Assembly (NCBI GenBank): GCA_030704615.1
Contig: CM060732.1
Coordinates: forward strand, 10,106,001 to 10,170,000
Direction: 5' to 3'
DNA: 64,000 nt
From: Takakia lepidozioides
Taxonomy: Eukaryota > Plantae > Bryophyta
The first letter of the stretch is position 1, and every line of letters begins with the position of its first letter. The notes under the pieces are model-generated. The model did no database searches and had not been told where the DNA came from. It saw only the letters and a list, made by a program, of their open reading frames with translations. Positions 49,597 to 59,538 of this stretch are shown here, one piece after another. Position numbers and translations under genes: made by a program.

Positions 49597-52500
49597 TCAA
49601 TGATTTCTGGAATGCCTAAGGAGGAGTTTGTGCAGCTCGTTCACGCTCAACGCCGGTGCATGAATAAAGTCATCAATAGTCACGTTCATCCTCAACCTCT
49701 TCAGGTAGATGTAATACAGATGCTTGCACGGATAATACTTCGAACCCTTCTTTGCTTCCATCAACGAGAAGCCCATACAATTGCAAGTCGGCTCCACTCC
49801 AATCGTAATTGTGTATACATCGTTGCGTACAGCCGAGCCGGCCGTTGCCATCCGATACACACGCCCAAGGCCGGGTGGGGGTACGTCCACGGAGCTCTGA
49901 ATAGTGCAAGCCATCCCAAGAGCATTGACAATCCGAGTCTCATTCAACTTGTTGGGAGGGTGTCGTCTCTTCACTCTTCCGAATCGCATTGTGGGATGTG
50001 CAGAATTGTCCAATCCGTCTCTACTGGACCGAGCAGTCTGCAATGGCTGGGTCTGAGGAACCGGAAATGCGTGGGCCGGGATGTCTGTGCGTTGCACCAT
50101 TCAAAATCCTGCTGCAGATAGAGCATCTGCCTCATTCTGAGAGAGGCTGCAACCCGGTGCAACAGGCCAGACGCCCAGAGGCTCCGGCATTCCCTGAATC
50201 CCGTCGAAATGCCGGCAATGTCCTCGCAATTCTCCACTGTGACTCCGACACTCTTGTCTCCACAATGGGAATGTTGTACTGCTTTACTACAGATGGCTCG
50301 TTATGTTGCCGGGGCACGCGCCCTATGCTCAAAGGAGATGACGATCTTGAACGTGCAGGACTTGCGGTGCTCGACGAGACCTCCTCGGGCAACATCACGG
50401 GACCACGAGGGAGCGTGCGAATATTCTTGTCAGCTCGCCATGAATCCTCTTCTCCGCCAGGTGCCTCGTCAAGTCTTCGTCTCACTGGACGGGTATGAAC
50501 ATCTCCTTCCAAATGTTGGCCTCTTCGCAGCAATGGCGTGTCCCGAAGGCCCTCTCGCAAGGCCGCCGCCCACTTCCGAGGATTCTTCGATCTGGAGGCA
50601 GTCCGCATCAGCATTTCCTGCCTGTCCGGCCCCAAGCCCCACTGTTTCCCTTTCAAGAACTCGTTGTACCTGCATTGCTGCATAATTGACCTCACAATGT
50701 CCTCCGTTGTGGCAGTGAGGATGTCCACCAGATGCGCCGTAGAGGAGGCACGCCAGGAAGAGTGCACTGATTCGGCCATGTTTGTCGTGGGCATGTCGGT
50801 GTCGGAGTCGAGACACATTTCCTGCACAAGCACATGTTCAGGTTACAAGCAAGTTACAAATATGGCCAAGAATAATATTCAACGGGACGCGAATTCGTGC
50901 AACTCACCTCCCGCATATAGTCGCCGAACTGGAGGAAACGATAATGCCACCATGCTAGCCAACTGACCATTGCTCCCTCGTCTGATTTCCTTACAGCACC
51001 TGACAATGTCCACCAAGCCCGTATGCATGCAAACTGTGTCTCTGCATCATCCAAGGTGGGAGCGCGCTTCCACGCAAGGCACATGGAACGGTGCTCCTCT
51101 CTGAAATTTGGCGCCACGAGCCTGGTTGTGTACTGCGAAAGGCTCTGCAGAAAATGGAACCCACAAGATCTCTCCTTGCCTTCCATGGGAACATTGGGGT
51201 CTTGCCCGTACACCCTTCGGATGGCAGCCCAATTTGCTTGTGCGTTGTCCGCCATGAAACCACGGAAATTGGGAGGGGGCAATCCCGCCTTGGCCATCTG
51301 TTCGTTTATTCCCTGCCAAAGAAGCATCTCCGATTGTGTGTCCTCTCCTTTCATCTCACAAATAGCAATTGTCATTAGCATCCTGCAGTGGGTGTCGTAG
51401 ACATGTGCACCCATTGTCACCCACTGGTGATTTGTAATTCGCTTGATATGGTCGAACATGACCCAACTGTTTGACAAGTTCCCACTCGTCATCCTGTCGA
51501 CCAGTTCGACGCCGCTGCCAGGTCCACACGTGGACATTTTGAATACGAAACAACGATCTGCCTCAGTCCCTTGTCCTGGAAACCTACTTCCATGAATGTA
51601 GTCATATCCACATCGTCGCTTCATCTCCAGAATGGAGTGCATATCCGAGCCACGCCCAATTTTCTGTTTGCATGAGACAATGTGGTTTCGGACATTCGGT
51701 GAACATACGTGGGACACCGACTCCAGCAATGCCTCCATTTCCTTCTCGTCGAGAGGAACTCTATCGGAGCCGTCTTCCGATATAATTCTGGCCAATGCCA
51801 TCTTATGGGCGGTTTGGAGCTGTATCTGTTTGGGTTTGGCACCCGGTCTCAACTTAACCTCCTCCTGAACGAGCTGCTCTGCTTCGTGGGCAGCCTCTCG
51901 CGAGTTCCCCCTCGCCAATTTGTGACAATGGGAACCAACGTGTATGCAAGCTCGGGTGAGGTCAGGGAAACGGTGCAACACATAGAACTGCTTGGCATTA
52001 CAAACAGACATGCAGTGTGGTGGTTCTTTGCAATGCGCACACTTAAATGTGGAGTTCGGAACCTTCTCCTGAGCTCGAAATGGTTGGTGAGCTGTGCCTG
52101 TCCAATCGGTCTCGTTCCTGTGACCTCTGGATTTAAAGTGGAAGCTAGTTGGGGAGAAACACCGCAACGCGCCCGCACAAACAACGTAGCGCACCCGCAC
52201 ACCATCGAGCATCTTCATGCTGGTGGTTTTGGTAACGCACCAAGGATGACCGTCATGTTTTCTATCCATATCTGTCAACATTCCGGACGCCCTCGAGTAG
52301 TCTGCCCGAGGAGGGAACTCAAAGAAGATATTACCGTCGACGTCGGCGGGAAGGCATGTAACCGATTTAATTACGAATTTGCTGTAGTCCAGCCCGGCCA
52401 GCTCCGACCGGTGTCCTTCCAGGTGAAGCCCTCGCAGAATTTCAAGAATAGATCGAACTGCGGTGCTCGTGCTGGGAATATGACTCCCTCCTCCACTGAC

Positions 52501-52995
52501 GTCCATTGAGGACTTGCCTGATCTCCAGGACGACCTCGGAACTTCCATGACCTCGTCTGAGTCGGACAGGTTGTGAACAACCCGGTTCTCGCTCGTCTTC
52601 ATGGATGGGTTCGGCTCTGGATTTACTTCGTTGCGGACTTCTCTCTTTGAGGTAGCCACTCTCTGATTCGCGGATTGTTTCGTGGAAGGCGCCAGGATAG
52701 AAGGTGCATTTGGCGGGCAAATGAAGTCCCCAACAGCCCTGTATATGACGCTGTCCGATGGTGGAACTCGCCATTCCCTGCCATTGCCGAAATCATCGTG
52801 GAGCACAACAATACTCTCGACAACAAGGCCGTTAGAGTCCTTCCTTTCCTCCTCCAAAAAAACCGACCCCGGTTTCAGGTGGTATCGAACGCACAGATAT
52901 TTCTCCATCACCCGGCAGGTGTCCCCTCTGCACGGAAATGAAGCTCTATGCTCGTGAGGAGGGCAGTACACTGTAGCGCTCGGGTTTTCCGCCAT
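49597..52995 (-). pseudogene. MULE-type transposase (GCM-like + DDE + SWIM), two exons; exon 2 disrupted
   Basis: ATG at 52995; exon 1 open to 50908; intron 50907-50822; MFDH, FMADNAQ, CGFH, TTNMAES; SWIM CNC...CKH. A deletion/frameshift near 50205 and a CGA>TGA stop near 50101 relative to E1. Confidence 0.92.
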
Positions 52996-53299
52996 GGGAG
53001 ATGTGCACACAAGACTGCCAGGATGGCGTGCGGGGAAGCTCCCTGGTAGAAGGGGGTGCAGCGATGGGAATGAATGCGATGCCGATTTGTCCGAGCGACG
53101 AAGCCTGATCCAAATCCAGGGAGCCAACTATCTCAAAAATCCACAGTCAGAGCGTTAATGAACCTTGTCTCCGGAATGCGGCCCCTGGTCTTTGCGCAAT
53201 AACTGCCAACGGTATGCAGTCAGAAAGTGGGGGGCCGTCCGGATGATGACGGCTGAAGGGGAGAAGCCGGCACTGTGCCGTCATATTACTACCCCCGAA

Positions 53300-55260
53300 T
53301 GGAAATTCGGCACCCAATATCCAACAGAGGAAGCCCGGATGAAGTCGCCTCGGGCGCAGAGGCCGGCGCATGTGCGACAGAGAACATCCCCTGGATGGAG
53401 ATTCGGCGCCGAATTTCCATCCGGGCCCCCCAAAGGGAGTCGTGTCGGGGGGTCAGGCCGAAAACTGGACGGCATAAAAACATCCCCAGATGGAAAAACG
53501 GCGCCGAATTTCCATCCGGGGCGGTTCGGATGCAGTCGGGGAGGGGGGAGTGGCCGGCACTTGGCCGTCACATTTCAACCCCCGGACGGAAATTCGGCAC
53601 CGAATATCGAACAGGGGACGCCCGGATGAAGTCGCCTCGGGCGTAGAGGTCGGCACGTGTTCGACAGAGAGCATCCCCTGGATGGAGATTCGGCGCCGAA
53701 TTTCCATCCGGGCCCCCCCAAAGGAAGTCTTGTCGGGGGGTCAGACCGAAAACTGGCCGACATAAAAACCTCCCCAGATGGGAAAACGGCGCCGAATTTC
53801 AATCCGGGGCCGTTCCAATGCAGTCGGGGAGGGGGGAGAGGTCGGCACCTGGCCGTCATATTTCAACCCCCGGACGGAAATTCGGCACCGAATATCCAAC
53901 AGAGCGGCGGAGAGGCGGCACCTCTCCGACAGAGACCATCCCCCGGATGGAAATTCGGCGCCGAATTTCCATCCAGCAGGTAAGTGGAATCCCGGATGGA
54001 TGGAAATTCGGCGCCGAATTTCCATCCGGCAGGTAAGTGGAATCCCGGATAGATCCAAATTCGGCGCCGAATTTCCATCCTGCAGGTAAGTGGAATCCCG
54101 GATGAATGGAAATTCGGCGCCGAATTTCCATCCAGCAGGTAAGTGGAATCCCAAATGGAACGAAATTCGGCGCCGAATTTCCATCCTGCAGGTAATTCGA
54201 ATCCCTGCTGGATGTGGCGCCGAATTTCCATCCAGCAGGTAAGTCGGATCGCTGGCGTATGGATATTCGGCGCCGAATTTCCATTCGCCATGTATTTCAT
54301 CGCTCAGAATTTCCTTCCTGCAGGTAATTCCCAGATGAGAATTACCTTCCTGCAGGTAATTCCTATCGATGCGGGTAGGAAGGTAATTCCTCGTTCAGAA
54401 TTACCTGCACGAAGGTAATTCTGAGCGAGGAATTACCTTCAGGAAGGTAATTCTCATCTGGGAATTACCTGCAGGAAGGAAATTCTGAGCGATGAAATAC
54501 ATGGCGAATGGAAATTCGGCGCCGAATATCCATACGCTAGCGATCCGACTTACCTGCTGGATGGAAATTCGGCGCCGAATTTCCATTTATCCGGGATTCG
54601 AATTACCTGCAGGATGGTAATTTGGCGCCGAATTTCCATTCACCCGGTATTCGAATTACATGCCGGATGGAAATTCGGCGCCGGATTTCCATCCGCGCAC
54701 TTCCGAATTACCTGCGTGAGGGAAATTCGGCGCCAGATTTCCATCCGCGCGCTTCCGAATTACCTGCGTGAGGGAAATTTGGCGCGCCGCCCGACCTGCG
54801 CGGATTGAAATTCGGCGCCGGATTTCCATCCGAGCGCTTTCGAATTACCTGCGTGAGGAAATTTGGCGCGCCGCCCGACCTCCGCTGATGGAAATTCGGC
54901 GCCGGATTTCCATCCGCACGCTTCCAAATTACCTGCGTGAGGGAAATTTGGCGCGCCGCCCGAGCTGCGCGGATGGAAATTCGGCGCCGGATTTCCATCC
55001 GCGAGCTTCGGAATTACCTGCGTGAGGGATATTTGGCGCGACGCCCTACCTGCGCGGATGGAAATCCGGCGCCGGGTTTCCATCCGCGCGCTTCTGAATT
55101 ACCTGCATGAGGGAAATTTCCAGCGCCGCCTACCTTGCTGGATGGAAATTCAGCGCTGAATTTTCATCCTGCTGCGCTCCGAATTACCTGCAGGATGGAA
55201 ATCCGGCGCCGGAATTCCATCGTGCAGCGCTCCGAATTACCTCTACGTTGGAAATTCCGG
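53300..55260. repeat. E2 central array of GGAAATTCGGCGCCGAATTTCC palindromes with an internal inversion axis (~54410)
   Basis: Spacings 95-96, 73, 53 and 52+33 bp; long inverted repeat at 54216-54576. Confidence 0.95.
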
Positions 55261-56288
55261 GACTGTTTACGTCGATTTTCATCCGACATGGAGGGCTTCA
55301 TCCGACATTTAATTGCGCAGTTGGGCAATAAATGTCGACCGCCGTCGGTTATCATTCGGGCTGGCGACGCATGGCTTCCTGGACACGTACCCTAAATCTC
55401 ATGCTAATCTTGGCTTAACATGCTATTCGAGGCATGTACCCCAAAAAAGGAGATCTTTTTGGCTGGGACTTATGCCGCCTGAAGGGCGTGGCTCTCCTGA
55501 GAGAGACCTCACATCCAGACCGCGGCGGAAGTTGAAAGCTCTGTACTACGGACGACGGCCAATCTCTCGCATGGCCAAACTGAAGCTCCAGCAGGAGATT
55601 CCAGTGTCTTGCTCACAACCTGCGCCAACTGAAGCCGAGTACTCTCAGGCAAGCCACTTCTGCTTTCGGTTTGTTCGATTTATTTTTTGCTTTCCCTTTG
55701 TTACCTCGCTTTGTTTTTGCATCTTCATCCTGGCTTCGCTGTATGAGTGAACTTTAGATAGTTGAGTGAACCTTAGATTGTTTGCAATGCGTGTGCAAAT
55801 CTGGCAGCTCTGGAGAAGGCTGCTTGTGCATGTCATTCTCAGGCAATGGTTGCATTTGTTTTCATTGTTGTTGCATGGCTCTCCATACTTCCTAAACTTG
55901 TTATGTTTTCATTTTTGCTACACGATTGTTGCTATGGTGGTTGCGCTGCTCGTTGCGATGCTGCTTTTTGCACCGATGTTGGTTTTCACGATTTTTGTCA
56001 ATGACAGAGTGACGACGAGCCCGGCACGCTGGTGGTATCATCGACAGCTCCAACTCATCGCATGTTTGAATCGCCCAACTTGGGGCGAGAGGGCAAACTT
56101 AAGTCTTTTGTTGGTGGACGGGAGGACTTGCAACGACAGTACGACAGAGTAGGCATTGGGGAGGTTGGTGCAGGCGGCATGGCAGGTGAAGGGCGTGAGG
56201 ACATGAGGACAGCAGATCCGGCAATGGAGGTTGTTCATGCCCATGCAGTAGGGCCGCCCACGCAAAGAAAAAGAAGAAAGCTAAGCAC

Positions 56289-57449
56289 ATGCAATCCCCG
56301 GCGAGAGAGCAGTCACGGGCTGCGGAGGGGGGAGTGAGCAGTGCGCGCGAGGGTGTCAGTTCGCCTCAATCAAAGGTGGTCGTCCTGGAGGGCTCCCCTG
56401 CTGCTAGCCCTAGTAAGAAACAGAAAGCCCGTGAGAGGGCAAAAGAGAGGGCAAAAGAGCAGACGAGACAGAATGCTAGCCAGGAGGAAAGAGAACAGGC
56501 AGCTGAAGAGGCCAGGGGTGCCCAAATGACAGATGCCAATGTAAGCGAGGGACGCACAGAGACGGTGGATCCCTCCAAGACACCACAGAGAGGCAGTAAC
56601 ACACCGATTAGACCATCGCGGGCAAGAGCAGCCCCCGCAATTACCCATACGGTGGAGAGTGGAGGAGAGGAAAGAACACCTGAAAGAGCACGGATTGTGC
56701 AAGTTCCAGGTGAAGCCAGGGAGAGGGCAGTAGAGACGGGGAGAGTGCTGGAGGTGGTTTTGCAGGTGGCTGACCCTGTTGAGGAGGACGACAGGGAGCT
56801 TTCTGACCAAGATGACATCCTCCCGGACATCCCCAGGCCCCAAACCCGGAGCATACAGGCTGGATTTGGCGGTCCTGGTGGGTTGCCGGGAAACCCCTCT
56901 GCAGCAGACGTCATGTCTGAGGCGGATATGAAGTTGGCCGCTGCCAAGATGTTGGAGGCAACCCACAGCAACATTGGCAGGGTGCTGGGGGGGATGGTGT
57001 ACCCGGCCAAGCTTCGAATTCCCCTTTGCCGCTTGGTGTCATTGCAGGTGGTGAGACCTGCCCTCCCAGGCGATATCGACAAGCTGAAATTCTCTTTCCG
57101 GGATGGATATCGAATGGGGTCTGCCGCCTTTTATGTTTCCATTGAGAACGACCACGGAGCTTCCCGTGCCCACACTTCCGATGAGGTGGACAAATGGGGT
57201 CCCCATTGGCAAACGCGAAATGAGGAGTTCGAGAGATCGATTGCTAGTGATCCTCTTTTCCAGCACTTGTCCGGTAAGATGTTCTACGTGTGGGACGGCA
57301 ATCATCGCCTCCTGGCATGGATGGAGCACATTGCCCAAGCCCACCCCAATGACCTCGATTGGCATTTCGCCGTGGATTGTGTTGTGCTGAAGGTTGCGGG
57401 GCCCAAAGATTGCAGTCTTCTCAAAGCTGCAATGGCCGACATCAACTCG
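56289..57449 (+). CDS. ParB/Srx-like domain exon of the E2 cargo gene
   Basis: Low-complexity N-terminus, then IPLCRLVSLQVVR..DIDKLKFSFRDGY and FYVWDGNHRLLA; GT donor after MADINS as in E1. Confidence 0.85.
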
Positions 57450-57474
57450 TAAGCTACAACCCCTCTCGCTTTGG

Positions 57475-58732
57475 GTTCCCAAGTCAGTTCGGAGTGGGAC
57501 TGGCTCTGCCAAGAAGTTGGCATTTGAGGGCGAGCCTACACGCCGGTATTCGGCGGTGACGTTTACGCACAGGCCAAAGCTAGAACCTCCAACCATCATC
57601 CAATGCGTCAATGAGAGCTTCCTTGACGCTCTCGCTGCCAGGGCGAAGAAGGTGGCACACAACAAGTCTCTGGCGGAGCAGAAGGGGAAAGCCAAGAAGA
57701 GGGCTGGCGGTACAGAGCCTAAAGACACCCCTGGTTTTGAAGCCATAATGGAATTCTTCATGGCTGTGAGCACGAATTGCAAGAGCACTCGGGGGGGGGT
57801 TGAGGTGGAGAGAGCTTGCGACATGATTCTCCTCGACATTCCAGATGGGGAGCTGCTGGAGGGCTTGGATGGTGTGCCCACCTGGAACAGGTTTACTGAG
57901 GACTACTGGAAAGAGGGGTTTGGGCTGGCGGGGATGCTTCTGGATGACGGTGGATGTGTGGTTGTCATTGCCACGAGAGGGAAGACCACAGAGAATGCGG
58001 TGGCAAGGTGGACACCGAAAAGTGTCACCCCGGTCCTCCTCAGAAAATGGTTCTGCATCAGTACGCAGGGGTTGCGAACAGAGGGCCAAAGTGTAAGTTA
58101 TCAATCTTTTGCATTCACTTCATATTGTGGTGTATGTTAAGTAGACCCTGGAGTTGATCCCTTCTTTGTTGGATGTGCAGACATTGGTGTTTGAGGCATA
58201 TTGCTTTGTGAAGAGAGGGTCTACGTTCAAATTCCGCAACGACGGTCGTCTTGTTGATGCCGCTATGGACCCTGTAACCTACGATGTCCTCTACAACTAT
58301 GTGCCCCACTCCAGTATGCCGAAGGACACAAAGACAGGCAAACCGTGGCGGTACAGCCGGACCCGGAGCCCTGCTTTCATCCAAACCCTCATGGAGACGT
58401 GCTCGGATGTCCAAGGGCGGATTCTGGACCTCACATGCGGCACGGGTAAGCCTTCACGTGCTCAGTTTGTCCCCTGGCCCGACTGCAATTGCATGCCGCA
58501 AGCTATTAACCACCCGCTTTGTTCCTCAGGTGCTTCAATGTGGGCAGGGATGTTGTCCGACAGGCATGTGTTCGCCTTCGAGCCAGATACTGCCCTCCAC
58601 AACTCGGAACTTGCAGCGGCTGAACGTCTGCCGAAAGAGGAAGAGGCATCCTCGGAGGATGAGGAAAAATCCGAGAAGGAGCAGGGGGAGGAAGTTGGGA
58701 TCGAGGCCGAGGAGCCCCCGGTTTACGAGTGA
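57475..58732 (+). CDS. Beta-class (N6-adenine/N4-cytosine) DNA methyltransferase-like domain exons (57475-58092, 58181-58445, 58530-58732)
   Basis: Spliced product has beta order: CDMILLDIPDG (motif IV-like), MLLDDGGCVVVI, FEAYCFVK, RSPAFIQTLMETCSDVQGRILDLTCGTGASMWAGMLSDRHVFAFEPD (motifs X-I-II); no stops in these exons. Confidence 0.75.
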
Positions 58733-58858
58733 TGGGTGGCATTGTAAGTTGCCTCCAGATTTCGTGAGGCACCTCCCTCCGCTCTCTTATTTCATTGAAA
58801 ACCCTTTCTGGTTGTGCTGGTATTGACATTCTTCAAGTGGATTTGTTCTTACTGTAGG

Positions 58859-59317
58859 ATGTCAAGTACTGCCGGAGGGACGTCTACACCGGAGTTCATG
58901 GGCAGGAGGAACGTGCATTTTTTTGCCAGGGGGGATTTCATGCCTAGTCCAGAAAGGGAGTACATCCTTCCTACTTATGCTGCCCGGCTTGCTTCGGTGT
59001 CCATTAGGAGGTGTTCCGAACGTAGTCGTGTACAGCAGATTTTAGACGAGGCAAGCCTCAAGAAAATGAAGATGAGGGAGGAGGCAGCAGCTATTAGAGC
59101 CCATCGGGCTCGTAGATTTGTCTTGGATTCTGCTGAGGAAAGTGGGGGAGAAGACGCAGAAGATTCCCAGGAGGTGAGGTGGACAGTCCCCTAAGGAGAG
59201 GACGGGATTTTTGAGAGGCATAGTGGAACTGATGCATCACAGAGCTCGGAGGATGAGGGGGATGAGGGGGATGAGGAAGAAGGTGGGGCAAGTTCCTCTG
59301 ATGGTGTAGGAGAGTAG
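58859..59317 (+). CDS. Small ORF or exon(s) with acidic tail near the E2 right end, unknown
   Basis: Open frame 58859-59194 and an E/D-rich stretch at 59247-59317. Confidence 0.3.
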
Positions 59318-59538
59318 TGCCCATTCCGGCTATGACAGTTAGAACACACTTGTATAGACGTGGCTTGCCACAAAATTTGCAATAAAATGTTGCATTTCAA
59401 GTCCACTGGTGCCACATTCCAACTTCACATGACCCTATTTCCGTGCCTCCTAACCCTATTTCCGTGGACTCACAATGGTCTGCTCATGCTTTTTTTTTTT
59501 CCGCTCATGCTCATGCCGCTCATGAAATAGCAGCCCCC

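Larger units (their letters stand above)
48765..59538. mobile_element. Fully bounded MULE-family element E2 (10.8 kb) with 9-bp TSD TTTAATTTG
   Basis: Left end GAGGTTTGCTATTTCATGAGC, right end GCTCATGAAATAGCAGCCCCC; TTTAATTTG at 48756-48764 and 59539-59547; the interrupted gypsy integrase is continuous on removal. Confidence 0.95.

Noticed and set aside
53147-55395. Many MEIRRRISI / GNSAPNFH ORFs (and the equivalents at 6.6-8.7 kb)
   Set aside because: Artefacts of stop-free palindromic repeats read in all frames.
56289-58732. Bacterial or phage contamination as the source of the ParB/MTase gene
   Set aside because: Spliceosomal introns at conserved positions, three diverged copies, and nesting inside a plant gypsy element with a TSD.
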